64,000 nucleotides of DNA from an uncultured Gammaproteobacteria bacterium (GTDB lineage Bacteria; Pseudomonadota; Gammaproteobacteria; JABCZS01), in NCBI GenBank assembly GCA_963848305.1, contig CAWKDC010000001.1, positions 384,001-448,000 on the forward strand, read 5' to 3'. A model generated the notes under the pieces. It ran no database searches. It had not been told where the DNA came from and saw only the letters and a list, made by a program, of their open reading frames with translations. Positions 41,325 to 51,472 of the stretch are shown piece by piece (position 1 is the stretch's first letter; every line of letters starts with the position of its first letter). The translations under genes were made by a program, and so were the position numbers.

Positions 41325-42995
41325 TCAGATGCTTGGACTTTTTGGTCTATGTTTTTCCTTTTCACTGTCTTTCACTTCAACCGCATTCATCGCAGAAGCA
41401 AATGATACAACGGCGCCAGCAATACCCGCCAGAACGAGCAAGCAGATGTGGAAATCATGATCTTGTGTCGTCCCATGCAGTGCATGACTGTATAAAGCAA
41501 TCATGACTTCCATCCCAGAAACAGAGACAGCACCACTGGTGGCGCCATTCACCAGAATAGCGCCCAGCATTTGACCCGTACGCAATTCAGCGGTCGGGGA
41601 GAGATAATCGGGACGCAGCTTATCCGGTTGAACCTCGCCATCTTGCTGTTGACGTTCTTCATCACTCTTCAGGAACCGGGATCCCCCTTTGAAAAGCCCC
41701 CAGGCAGCCAGCGTCGCAACAACTGTCAAGCCGAGGGGTGTGGCCAATGCTTGAGGAACGAGCGGGCCGGCGAGTTCAAACAGTTGCTGATCGGGTGTTG
41801 CGATATACCCCATCAAGCCAAAGCATAGTGCGAACCCTACTGTTAATAGGGTACCCACAACATAATTTGCCCTATGCTGTTGAAAATCGTTCCAAAGAGT
41901 TGTTCGAAGCTCTGGCGCGCCCAACCTAACGACCCAATATAAGTTATCCATTGCTTTGATATTGAAAATCACTCGACCGAGTGCAATGACCACGGAAAAC
42001 AGCCCTATCATTGCAATGATTTCACCACCAACAGCCACGTCGCCATTGGAGTTGAATGGATTCATCCCAAAAAACGTGAAAGTACTCTTTGCTTGAGCCG
42101 TCATGGTATTGATCAGTCCAAACATGCTGATCAAACACAAACCCAGCAATACCGCACTGCCCGTATATTTAATATTGTTGAAAATCTTAGCAATGCCATC
42201 TTTTTTCTGCAGCAATTCAATCGCTGATGAAATATACAAGGCAAAGTGCGTGAAAATGTACACCACACATAAAATGGTCATGAGGTTTGCAAAGCTGCCA
42301 CCCATGAAGGTATTCACAAAAAACTCGGACAAGTGCATTTTTTCAAAAATCTCGCCCTTTTCGAGCACAATCATCCCCAATGATAAAGATAAAAGTGCAG
42401 TGAAGAAGGTAAGCACGTACAATATTCTTCTTTGAGTTTTAGTGAATGTAGGGGAAGCACTCTCTGTATCTTCAATCAGTTGGCCATCATCTATGATCAA
42501 TTTTCGGGATTTCAGGTAATGCCATCCCAAGCCTTTATCTTTTGTGTAACTGAAGTAGAAAAAATTTGCCAACACAGGAGGTACTTTCTTACGAAAAATC
42601 ATCCACTGCGCCCACGCAGCAAGTACATAAAAGAAGGTTTGAACAAAATAGGTATATGCCCCTGCTCCGTCAATGAAGCCCATGAGCGTGCTGGTGCTGA
42701 CCGCTGATGCGGACAAAATAAGCATCACGACGGAGGCAATGCTCAGGTTAAAAATAAAGGTTTTATAGTGCGTGTTTTCAGTCGCATTATTTGCGTTTTC
42801 GCCACGCAGGGCTTTGACGATTTCTTGGTACGTTTTACCTTTCTTCTTTTCTGAGAGTACAAGGTCTTCATAGGCCAAGAAATAGAAGTATGTGAGCAAG
42901 GAATTGTTGTCATTGTGTTTATTATCGTAAATAAAGCGCTCTAACGCCGTTAATGGCATTATGCTTTGTTTTATCGATAGAATCCTTATTAACAT
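41325..42995 (-). CDS. Polytopic membrane protein of unknown function
   Basis: 556 aa with about 10 hydrophobic segments; paralog of 11205-13687. Confidence 0.75.
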   Translation of the reverse strand: MLIRILSIKQSIMPLTALERFIYDNKHNDNNSLLTYFYFLAYEDLVLSEKKKGKTYQEIVKALRGENANNATENTHYKTFIFNLSIASVVMLILSASAVSTSTLMGFIDGAGAYTYFVQTFFYVLAAWAQWMIFRKKVPPVLANFFYFSYTKDKGLGWHYLKSRKLIIDDGQLIEDTESASPTFTKTQRRILYVLTFFTALLSLSLGMIVLEKGEIFEKMHLSEFFVNTFMGGSFANLMTILCVVYIFTHFALYISSAIELLQKKDGIAKIFNNIKYTGSAVLLGLCLISMFGLINTMTAQAKSTFTFFGMNPFNSNGDVAVGGEIIAMIGLFSVVIALGRVIFNIKAMDNLYWVVRLGAPELRTTLWNDFQQHRANYVVGTLLTVGFALCFGLMGYIATPDQQLFELAGPLVPQALATPLGLTVVATLAAWGLFKGGSRFLKSDEERQQQDGEVQPDKLRPDYLSPTAELRTGQMLGAILVNGATSGAVSVSGMEVMIALYSHALHGTTQDHDFHICLLVLAGIAGAVVSFASAMNAVEVKDSEKEKHRPKSPSI

Positions 42996-43050
42996 CTCTT
43001 TAGCCCTCCCCCAAACTTAGTTAGGAAACTAGTCTTTGGAACATATTGCC

Positions 43051-43080
43051 AGTGTAACAGGTTTCAGAGTGATAAAGCAA
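43051..43080 (-). promoter_or_regulatory. Putative sigma70 promoter TTGCTT-18-TACACT with extended -10
   Basis: Same architecture as 13720-13749. Confidence 0.55.
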
Positions 43081-43166
43081 GGGGGATAGCCCATTATATA
43101 TCCTTATAAAACAGGTGGTTGCAAATTGCAGGGTTAGCGCATGTTAGGCTGCGGCATACTGCAGCC

Positions 43167-43523
43167 TCACAGTATGCGGGCATTCCTTAACCATATCAGA
43201 AGCCCCACCAAACAAAGAATAGCAGGCAGGGACCATAAAATCAGGGTGTTAAGCTGAAAAGGAGGATCAAGGAAAATACGGTCTCCAAACCGTTGTTTCA
43301 GCATGTCCTTGATTTCTGAGTCACTTCGACCATCTTGAATGGCCTGGGCAACAAAGGCTTTGACGTCTTTGGCAAAATCCGAGTCGGATTCAGCGATGCT
43401 TTGATGCTCACATTTTAAGCAACGCAAACCATGCGTGAAAGCATCGTAACGAGATTGATCAGAGGCATACGCTGCCACGAATGATAAACAGCACAGCATG
43501 GCCATCAACAAAATACGACGCAT
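43167..43523 (-). CDS. ccmH: Cytochrome c biogenesis CcmH (N-terminal domain)
   Basis: LRCLKC, SIAES, C-terminal TM helix. Confidence 0.9.
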   Translation of the reverse strand: MRRILLMAMLCCLSFVAAYASDQSRYDAFTHGLRCLKCEHQSIAESDSDFAKDVKAFVAQAIQDGRSDSEIKDMLKQRFGDRIFLDPPFQLNTLILWSLPAILCLVGLLIWLRNARIL

Positions 43524-44044
43524 TATTGCCCCTCGTGCATCAATGGTAAAAATTCCTTGTTAAAAATATCTTCGGTTAAAATGCCAGCAAATCGATGTCG
43601 AATAATACCTTTGGGATCAATCAATAAAGTTTCTGGAACACCATACACGCCCAGATCAAACCCAAAACGCCCCTCATGATCGACAATCACGAACGCATAC
43701 GGATCCCCACCCTCTTTCAGAAATGCATTGGCTTTGGGGTCTTCATCCTTAAAATTAAGGCCAACAATATGATACTGTTGTTTCGCCAATGATATCAACA
43801 CAGGGTGTTCCAATTTACACGGGGCGCACCAGCTGGCCCAAATATTCAACAATGTCCATTGGCCTTTTAAATCATTTGCATGAAATGTTTTCGATTGAGA
43901 TAAGTCTGGCAGCGAAAACTCGGGCACAGGTTGATTTAATCTGCCAACCGATACGGTAGCAGGCCGATCCGACATCATCAGATAACCCATGATCATCAAC
44001 AATATCAGAAAAAACGCAATCATATATTTATCAAGATGAAGCAT
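43523..44044 (-). CDS. ccmG: Thiol:disulfide oxidoreductase CcmG/DsbE
   Basis: WASWCAPC, GVYGVPET. Confidence 0.93.
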   Translation of the reverse strand: MLHLDKYMIAFFLILLMIMGYLMMSDRPATVSVGRLNQPVPEFSLPDLSQSKTFHANDLKGQWTLLNIWASWCAPCKLEHPVLISLAKQQYHIVGLNFKDEDPKANAFLKEGGDPYAFVIVDHEGRFGFDLGVYGVPETLLIDPKGIIRHRFAGILTEDIFNKEFLPLMHEGQ

Positions 44045-45890
44045 GCTTCCCCCTCAGTACCCTCAAAAACATTCCTGCAGCCATCATTAAACCGCCCAGC
44101 CACACCAGCCGCATCCAGGGTTTATAGTGAATGCGGAAGAGCGAAGCATTGTCTGCCAATGGCTCGCCCAATGCAATATACCAATCTCGCATGAGATTAC
44201 CTTCAATCGCCGTTTCAGAAATGGCAATGCCCCGAAAAGTATAGTAACGCTTTTCTGGTTTCAAGATCATAGGCTCATGGCCCGGTGTGCTCACCCACAG
44301 TGTGGCTCGAACGCCTTCATAATTCGGACCAAACACATCGTCAAAGCGATTCAATTGAACGCTACTGCCCGCCATGGCAAAGTGATCACCCGGAGACAAT
44401 CGACGTTCCTGCTCTACTCCCATTGTTTGACTGATCGCAATGCCCAAAATAAATACAGCGAACCCCATGTGTGCCAAATGCATGGAAACTCTTTTGATAG
44501 TGACAGCATTTTTCGACAGATCATAGCCCGTCTGCAACACCACCCAAATAAACAATGCAAGACCTACTCGCGCCCATATTTGGAACGGAAGCGGCCACAG
44601 AAACGCAGATAATGCAATCGCCATCATCACCATTTGCGGTTTTAGAGATAACGATTGTCGATAACGGCTGCTGGCAGACATGCCCATTAACACAGCAACC
44701 ACTGTGCCAATCGGCAATAAAATTTGATTGAAATATTGCGGACCCACTGAAATAAATCCAAGCCCCATGGCTTCAATGATCAAAGGATAAACAGTGCCCA
44801 AGAAAACGATCGATGCAATGATCACAAATGCAATTTGATTCAACGTTAAAAATGATTCACGTGACGTCAGCGATGGCAAAGACTTCTGTTTCGAAGGTTG
44901 ATGCTTGAAATAAAAATAATGCCCCACCATCACAAAAAACAGCACAATCATCAATATGAAAAAGCCACGCTTCGGATCACTGGCAAAACTGTGCACGGAA
45001 CTCAATAGACCCGAACGAACTAAAAATGTTCCCAACAAGGATAATATAAATGCCCACATCGTTAACAAATACACTGATGAAAGATGACGTGAATCGTGTG
45101 GCATTTGCAACGCGTGCACTAACGCTGTAGCCACCAGCCACGGCAAAAGCGATGCATTTTCAACAGGATCCCAAAACCAAAAACCGCCCCAACCTAACTC
45201 ATAATAAGCCCAGAAACTGCCAAGTGTAATCCCTACTGTTAAAAATCCCCATGCGGTTAACACCACTTTTTCAAAAAGACCACCTTCAATAGCATGATTG
45301 TTTTTGGTGATCATTGCGGCCAACACCATCGCGAATGGCACAGCAAAGCCCACATAACCCACATACAAAACAGGCGGATGGAACATCATGCCAAGATCTT
45401 GCAATAACGGATTTAAATCCTGCCCTTCCGTTGGCACAATTGGCGTGATGACGTCGAACGGACTTGAGGCCAATAAAATATATAATAAAAGAGCCAAATG
45501 AATGGTGATCAGCACTGTTAAACACACCGTTTTATAATAAGACGGTGGCGAGAGCGAACGATATGCCGCACTCCATAATGTCAGCACAAACAACCATAAC
45601 ACAATCGACCCTTCATGCCCCGCCCATATAGCGCCTAATTTGTAATACCAAGGCAGATTGGTTTGGACGTGCTCGAACACGATACGCAAAGAAAAATCAT
45701 GCATTAAAAATGCATAGACCAATAAAGCAACGCTAAACCACACAAATCCTAACATGCCATTGAAAAAAGCAGGAAATAAAGGCGCCCATTTGCTGTGTTC
45801 ATGGCGCGAAGATGCAACACCCGTCAAAAATCCAAGCGCAGCGCACACGACGGCCAAGATCATCAAGACATGAGACAAGAATGGAATCAC
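44031..45890 (-). CDS. ccmF: Heme lyase CcmF
   Basis: WAGHEGS, HPP, WGGFWFWDPVEN, SVHSFA. Confidence 0.96.
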   Translation of the reverse strand: MIPFLSHVLMILAVVCAALGFLTGVASSRHEHSKWAPLFPAFFNGMLGFVWFSVALLVYAFLMHDFSLRIVFEHVQTNLPWYYKLGAIWAGHEGSIVLWLFVLTLWSAAYRSLSPPSYYKTVCLTVLITIHLALLLYILLASSPFDVITPIVPTEGQDLNPLLQDLGMMFHPPVLYVGYVGFAVPFAMVLAAMITKNNHAIEGGLFEKVVLTAWGFLTVGITLGSFWAYYELGWGGFWFWDPVENASLLPWLVATALVHALQMPHDSRHLSSVYLLTMWAFILSLLGTFLVRSGLLSSVHSFASDPKRGFFILMIVLFFVMVGHYFYFKHQPSKQKSLPSLTSRESFLTLNQIAFVIIASIVFLGTVYPLIIEAMGLGFISVGPQYFNQILLPIGTVVAVLMGMSASSRYRQSLSLKPQMVMMAIALSAFLWPLPFQIWARVGLALFIWVVLQTGYDLSKNAVTIKRVSMHLAHMGFAVFILGIAISQTMGVEQERRLSPGDHFAMAGSSVQLNRFDDVFGPNYEGVRATLWVSTPGHEPMILKPEKRYYTFRGIAISETAIEGNLMRDWYIALGEPLADNASLFRIHYKPWMRLVWLGGLMMAAGMFLRVLRGKHASS

Positions 45891-46312
45891 TTCGCCTCCT
45901 GCAATGTATGCTGCAATTCACGCGGGACATAACGCTCATCATGTTTTGTCAATACTTCTTGTGCATGAAACCCCAACGTTGGATTGTAGGTGCCTTTGAC
46001 TATCACACCTTGCCCTTCTCGGAATAAATCGGGCAATACACCTTCATAGTAGACCGGTAAATTCGCCAATCCATCCGTCACATGAAATTGCACTTTTAAC
46101 GATGCTTCATCTCTACGCACGCTGTTTTCCATCACCAACCCACCCATGCGAACAACTTGACGTTCTGTCAGAGATTGCTCGACCAATTCACTCGGTGTGA
46201 AATACAATTGAATACTTTCTTTCAGGGACATGAGCACACATGCCACCCCTATTCCCGCTGTCAATAAAATCGCCAAAATTTGAAGACCTCTTTTTTTGTG
46301 TTTAGGTGTCAT
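45887..46312 (-). CDS. ccmE: Heme chaperone CcmE
   Basis: LPDLFREGQG, KHDERY. Confidence 0.96.
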   Translation of the reverse strand: MTPKHKKRGLQILAILLTAGIGVACVLMSLKESIQLYFTPSELVEQSLTERQVVRMGGLVMENSVRRDEASLKVQFHVTDGLANLPVYYEGVLPDLFREGQGVIVKGTYNPTLGFHAQEVLTKHDERYVPRELQHTLQEAK

Positions 46313-46427
46313 GATTCACCTCGCGCTGTAATGTTCGCAAACGACGGGTGTCATGTACAATGCGCCATCCTATGGCGACACAGACGATCGCCCAGCTGCT
46401 GAATACATATATCGCATAACCACTCAT
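46302..46427 (-). CDS. ccmD: Heme exporter CcmD (not in the ORF track)
   Basis: 41 aa MSGYAIYVFSSWAIVCVAIGWRIVHDTRRLRTLQREVNHDT between ccmC and ccmE, with overlapping start and stop codons. Confidence 0.8.
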   Translation of the reverse strand: MSGYAIYVFSSWAIVCVAIGWRIVHDTRRLRTLQREVNHDT

Positions 46428-47125
46428 AAACGTTCCTCTAAACATAAAATGCGCAATCGCAGGATAATCATATACAGTGCCATCATGGCGAAAGCGAATA
46501 GACAGAAAAGTAACGGATACAGCATTTCTGGCGCCATATCAGGTTTTGCAAATTGTGACAGCGTCTGCCCTTGATGCAAGGTGTACCACCACTGCACAGA
46601 AAAATGCACAATCGGAATATTCACCAAACCAATCACAGCAAGGACGTGCGCCGGCATGATGGATTGATGTTGCGTGCGCAGCGCGTCTTTCAAAAAAATC
46701 ACACCCAAATAAATAAACAATAAAATGAGCTCTGAGGTTAATCTCGCATCCCACACCCACCAAGTTCCCCACATCGGTTTGCCCCAAATAGCGCCTGTGA
46801 TCAAAGCGAGCCCTGTGAATAATGCGCCCGTCGGTGCGCACGCCCACACAAATTTATCCAACATTTTCACACGAAAGATTAAAAACAGTAAGGATGCAAT
46901 CGCCATGCTGGTATAAATACCCATTGATAAAAAAGCGCTCGGCACATGCACGAAAATAATACGGTACGCATCTTGTTGCTGGTAATCAGCGGGCGCCAGA
47001 AAAAGGCCCCATACTGCTCCTATGCAGAATGATATAAAGGCAATCATCCCAATCCAAGGCGATATTATCCTTAAAAACTTTTCCAAGTTTTTTGAGACCA
47101 TCAATGATTTGATTGCTTTCCACAT
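46424..47125 (-). CDS. ccmC: Heme exporter CcmC
   Basis: HVPSA, WGKPMWGTWWVWDARLT. Confidence 0.96.
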   Translation of the reverse strand: MWKAIKSLMVSKNLEKFLRIISPWIGMIAFISFCIGAVWGLFLAPADYQQQDAYRIIFVHVPSAFLSMGIYTSMAIASLLFLIFRVKMLDKFVWACAPTGALFTGLALITGAIWGKPMWGTWWVWDARLTSELILLFIYLGVIFLKDALRTQHQSIMPAHVLAVIGLVNIPIVHFSVQWWYTLHQGQTLSQFAKPDMAPEMLYPLLFCLFAFAMMALYMIILRLRILCLEERL

Positions 47126-47128
47126 GCC

Positions 47129-47797
47129 CTACCCCAATCCTTTTCGCAGTAAAAATACAATGAGCCATGGCAATGCGAGACACGAAGCGATCGCCATGGC
47201 GCACAATAAATAAATTTCAGATAAAAATGGCACGCCCATTTGTGCATGCATCACCATGCTTTGCGCCACAATCAGCGGTGGACAATATAGCGGCATCAGA
47301 ATCACTATGCTGAGTAAACTGCTTTGAGGCAAGGTGATCGTGAGCGCACTCGACAAAGCTGCCGATAAAAATAAAATAGGTAATAGGAACACTAAACTGA
47401 GAATCACCGCAGAGATCACCATGGATGATATGGGCATTGTATAGACAGACAATATCAAAACACCCAATAAAGGAAGTCCCATCCATACACCGAGCACGCA
47501 TAATCTGATCACGATCGCATAAAAAAACCCGATCGGCGAAAACACATATTGATGCAAATAGCCTGAGTGATAATCCATCTTAAATAGATATTCTGGCAGA
47601 AGGAACATCACCAATAATAATATAATACTGTACACACGGGGCAACACTGTTGCTGATAAAGTCGGTTCATCCAATGCAAATTGCATCAACACCAACATGA
47701 CGATGGCGAAACACAGGGGCAATGCCCACTGCTCTACTTGTGAACGTAATAAAGACATTTCACGACGCACTGAACGCAAGCACTCACACTGTGACAT
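47129..47797 (-). CDS. ccmB: Heme exporter CcmB
   Basis: Multi-TM protein, FKMDYHSG, LMPLYCP; lies between ccmA and ccmC. Confidence 0.85.
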   Translation of the reverse strand: MSQCECLRSVRREMSLLRSQVEQWALPLCFAIVMLVLMQFALDEPTLSATVLPRVYSIILLLVMFLLPEYLFKMDYHSGYLHQYVFSPIGFFYAIVIRLCVLGVWMGLPLLGVLILSVYTMPISSMVISAVILSLVFLLPILFLSAALSSALTITLPQSSLLSIVILMPLYCPPLIVAQSMVMHAQMGVPFLSEIYLLCAMAIASCLALPWLIVFLLRKGLG

Positions 47798-48368
47798 CAG
47801 GCACCCCCATGTCCAGTACCTGTGTTGCCCAATCAGACAAATCATCGTGAGACACCACGATCATTGCCACACCTTCTTGCAAATATCCTTTCAGCAAACT
47901 TTTGACCTTAAGGGTGCTGTTAACATCCAGCGCGTTGAAAGGCTCATCCAACAACCAGAGCGATGCCCCTGAGAGCATCACGGGCACCAAGGCCAGACGT
48001 TGTTTTTGACCCGCAGACAAGGTAGCGATTCGACGGTGGATGAGGGATTCCAAACCAAGAGCTGCCAGCACAGCCTGGCAAGTTTTTTCATCAAATGAAG
48101 GAATAGCAGGATGAAGGGCACAATGATCCCAAACGGAAAGATGCAGAGGCAACCCGGTGTGATGGCCCAAGTAGGTGATGCGATGATCAGGGGCCAAAAC
48201 AACACCCTCATGAGGAAGCCAACCCAATATTGCCTTTAATAACGTAGACTTACCGCATCCATTGGGGCCCTTCAACCACAAAGCTTCACCCTTTTTGAGG
48301 GTGAATGACAGGGGGGCATGAATAGACCGCCCTTCGCGTTGGATTTCTAGATGGTTGACTGTCAGCAT
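47784..48368 (-). CDS. ccmA: Heme ABC ATPase CcmA
   Basis: GPNGCGKST, LSAGQ, LLDEP. Confidence 0.9.
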   Translation of the reverse strand: MLTVNHLEIQREGRSIHAPLSFTLKKGEALWLKGPNGCGKSTLLKAILGWLPHEGVVLAPDHRITYLGHHTGLPLHLSVWDHCALHPAIPSFDEKTCQAVLAALGLESLIHRRIATLSAGQKQRLALVPVMLSGASLWLLDEPFNALDVNSTLKVKSLLKGYLQEGVAMIVVSHDDLSDWATQVLDMGVPDVTV

Positions 48369-48396
48369 GGTCGGTATTCTACCACACTACACTCAT

Positions 48397-48828
48397 TTAT
48401 TCCCCGCAAACCCTCAATCGCGTCAGGTGGGCTTCATATTGACGATGAGGGTCAGCATACTGGCTTCTTGTCTCGCTGGTACCCACTAGACGGCCACTCT
48501 CAGAGAGGTATTCATACTCGCCATCTTTGCAGCTCGAATCGGTGCACACAAAAATTTCCCTGACGCCATCCAACACTTGACCACAACATTGCCGACCAAT
48601 CTTATTCGGGGCGCCTTGCGGGTCTTTGCAATAATACATGGTCTCGCCGGGTGGGTATTCATAATATTTGTCTGGATACGCCATCCCCGCGTCAGCACCA
48701 TAATACTTGCCACCTTTTTTGTAAAACACATACAAACTGCGGCGCGCGTCTTCAGGCGGCGGATTATCTGCCAGTGCTACATTCAACCCCACCATCAGCA
48801 ACAATAAAATTTTCAAACAATATGCCAT
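48397..48828 (-). CDS. Cys/Tyr-rich exported hypothetical protein
   Basis: Signal peptide ending ALA; six Cys in the mature region. Confidence 0.6.
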   Translation of the reverse strand: MAYCLKILLLLMVGLNVALADNPPPEDARRSLYVFYKKGGKYYGADAGMAYPDKYYEYPPGETMYYCKDPQGAPNKIGRQCCGQVLDGVREIFVCTDSSCKDGEYEYLSESGRLVGTSETRSQYADPHRQYEAHLTRLRVCGE

Positions 48829-48920
48829 GTTTTCCCTCATCAATACTGACACTCTGTAAATGATAGACCATAACACGCCCTTGCTGCCAGGGGTATTCTC
48901 TGCTACATTGAGTGCAATAA

Positions 48921-49925
48921 ATGACGAGGTTCTTCATGCTCTTAACACTCTTAGCTCAATGGGGTCTATTCGTGGCCAAAACCATCACGTTGGTCATCGC
49001 CATTGTGGCGACGACAGCGGCCATTTTGGGGCTCATTCTCAAACAACGCAAAATGCAAGAAGTGCTGCAAATCACACCGTTGAATGACAAATACGATGAC
49101 TTGACGATGGGTATTGCAGAGGAAGCGCTCGATAAGAAGGCATTCAAGGCTTTTAAAAAACAACAGAAAAAAGAAGCTGAGCAAAACGCCAATAAAAAAC
49201 CCCTGCTCTATGTCCTCAAATTTGAAGGTGACATGGCTGCGACAGGGCTAAGAGCTTTGCGCGAAGAAGTTTCTGCGATTTTGTCTTACCATCGCCCCCA
49301 TGATCGTGTGCTGCTTATCCTTGAAAGCCCGGGTGGCATGGTACACCAATACGGTTTAGCCGCCGCACAATTGGAGCGCTTGAAGGCGGCCAAGCTCCAT
49401 CTGACGGTGGCCGTCGACACGGTCGCTGCCAGTGGCGGTTATTTGATGGCCGTGGTAGCCGATCACATCATGGCAGCACCATTCGCTGTACTGGGATCGA
49501 TTGGTGTTGTCGCACAATTACCCAATTTCCACCGTTTTCTGGATAAACACAATGTCGATGTTGAACTACACACAGCCGGCAAATATAAACGCACCCTGAC
49601 GATGTTTGGTGAAAACACCAAGGAAGGCAGGAAGAAGTTCCAGGAAGAATTAGATGAAACACAGTCTTTATTCAAAGCGTTCGTATCACGTTATCGTCCA
49701 CAACTTGACATTGACGCACTCGCCACGGGCGAACACTGGTATGGCCAAGACGCCCTGCCCCGTCAACTCATCGACAGCCTTGGCACGAGTGATGATTTTA
49801 TTCAATCACATTTGAAAACCCATCACATCTTGTTGCTAACTTATTCCCTGCCAGAACGTTTGCGCCAAAAAATTAGCCATTGGCTGAAAATGTGTGCACA
49901 GCATGTGATGACCCGATTCGCCTAG
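48921..49925 (+). CDS. sohB: S49 peptidase SohB
   Basis: LESPGG, AASGGY, GSIGV, AGKYKRTLT, ATGEHW. Confidence 0.94.
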   Translation: MTRFFMLLTLLAQWGLFVAKTITLVIAIVATTAAILGLILKQRKMQEVLQITPLNDKYDDLTMGIAEEALDKKAFKAFKKQQKKEAEQNANKKPLLYVLKFEGDMAATGLRALREEVSAILSYHRPHDRVLLILESPGGMVHQYGLAAAQLERLKAAKLHLTVAVDTVAASGGYLMAVVADHIMAAPFAVLGSIGVVAQLPNFHRFLDKHNVDVELHTAGKYKRTLTMFGENTKEGRKKFQEELDETQSLFKAFVSRYRPQLDIDALATGEHWYGQDALPRQLIDSLGTSDDFIQSHLKTHHILLLTYSLPERLRQKISHWLKMCAQHVMTRFA

Positions 49926-49938
49926 CAGGAGCTAAAAA

Positions 49939-50310
49939 ATGGTCAGAATATTCTCGATCTTTGTTCTCATCCTGATCAGCAGCCCTTTATGGGCAGTGGG
50001 ATCCAACCTCACACTCGGGCCTGCCGCTGAAAATGCGGGCGAGGTGTTATTGAGTGTCGTCGCACTGATCGAAGCTGTGTTGTACATTGCTGCCACGGTA
50101 ATGTTCACCAGCGCCATCATGAAGTTTCGGATTCACTTTCAAAACCCGCAACAAATCCCGATGTCAACGCCCATCACAGAACTGATTTTGGCGATCGTTC
50201 TGGGGAGCCTACCGATTGTAACCGAACTGGCGACAAGGACAGCCGTAAAAGCCCCTCCCTCCGTTTTGCGTCCTCACATGAACTCTGACAAAGCGAGTCA
50301 GGCACAGTAA
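49939..50310 (+). CDS. IcmD/DotP-like type IVB secretion small membrane protein
   Basis: Signal plus two TM helices; AIMKFRIHFQNPQQIPMSTPI resembles my recollection of the IcmD motif AIMKFKQHKDNPTQIPIGTPI. Confidence 0.7.
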   Translation: MVRIFSIFVLILISSPLWAVGSNLTLGPAAENAGEVLLSVVALIEAVLYIAATVMFTSAIMKFRIHFQNPQQIPMSTPITELILAIVLGSLPIVTELATRTAVKAPPSVLRPHMNSDKASQAQ

Positions 50311-51472
50311 CCGTTAATACGCGGTGGCGCAAAGAACCTGTCGACGGTAAGTGGATTTGTTGATGCAAAGGAGGAGATTCATAGCCACTGCCAGATGCAT
50401 GCGTCAGCATATTCATGGCACCATGCCCATCATATGCAACCTTCAATCGCGTCATCATTGCCTGCAATGATGACAATGAAGGCATTTCTGATGCACCCCT
50501 TACTACCGTTCTATCGTTCTGTGTAACATGCAATTGAGCATTCAAATAAGACTTTGTGTACATAATGGCAGTCAGTTGTGAAGATTTTCTTTCATGATTA
50601 AGCGCATAATCCAACAGACGTAATAATGTTTGAATAACCGCATAAACATCATGTCCCTCGATACATTTCACCTCACGCTCATGAGCTAAATCCTCCATGA
50701 GTCTGGGATGTAAATAGCCTTGTGTCCCGAAGCAAACGGGTTCTTCTAGCTCTCCATCAGCATCTTTGTCCTTTTGATTAATGACTGTGCCCGTTTTAAG
50801 CGCCGTTTCAAAATCAGTGATGTTCACATGCCCAGTCTTTTCATCAAACATGATGTTGGCGGGCTTTATGTCCAAATGCAATAATCCTTTTTGGTGCCAT
50901 TCACCCAGGGAAACACACAAATAATGGCCTATAAATAAAGCCTGCTTCACAGTGAGCCCCTCCATATCAAGGAGTTCTTGCACATCTTTTCCAGGGTAAA
51001 AGGGCAGCAATAGGTAGCAGGTAACCCCCGTATCGCCGTAACACATGCCCAAATGCACCGTCAAACCAATCACTTGACAGTGGTTATATTCACGCGTGGC
51101 CATGCGCACAGGATCCGCATCGTTCTCATTCTTCGGCGTGAGCACTTTTAAAAAGTAACATTCCCCTGTCGTGAGGGAGAATGCCATCTGAGGCACCACA
51201 CGGGAGTGCGGCCTCAAGGGATTGGGAGTTGAAATCACCTTGACAAGAAAAACCATGTTTTTAATCACAATCAAAGGATAAGGGATCTGTTCACTTTGAT
51301 CTAAAATGGCAAAATCAATGCCATTAGGGTGACTTTCAAATAGTTTTGCGATAGCTTGCTGACATATTTTTACCTGATTATCTTGAAGTCTGATGCCTTT
51401 TTGTCTCAGCTGATCCAAGCAGGGTTGCTTAAAGAGTTGTTCTTGTGATGATGAGCGTGTTAGTGCAAACAT
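50174..51472 (-). CDS. Eukaryote-like Ser/Thr protein kinase, candidate effector
   Basis: FLK, REY, HLDIKPAN, TDFE, GTQGYLHP, DVYA; Ser-rich disordered tail. Confidence 0.8.
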   Translation of the reverse strand: MFALTRSSSQEQLFKQPCLDQLRQKGIRLQDNQVKICQQAIAKLFESHPNGIDFAILDQSEQIPYPLIVIKNMVFLVKVISTPNPLRPHSRVVPQMAFSLTTGECYFLKVLTPKNENDADPVRMATREYNHCQVIGLTVHLGMCYGDTGVTCYLLLPFYPGKDVQELLDMEGLTVKQALFIGHYLCVSLGEWHQKGLLHLDIKPANIMFDEKTGHVNITDFETALKTGTVINQKDKDADGELEEPVCFGTQGYLHPRLMEDLAHEREVKCIEGHDVYAVIQTLLRLLDYALNHERKSSQLTAIMYTKSYLNAQLHVTQNDRTVVRGASEMPSLSSLQAMMTRLKVAYDGHGAMNMLTHASGSGYESPPLHQQIHLPSTGSLRHRVLTVTVPDSLCQSSCEDAKRREGLLRLSLSPVRLQSVGSPERSPKSVL

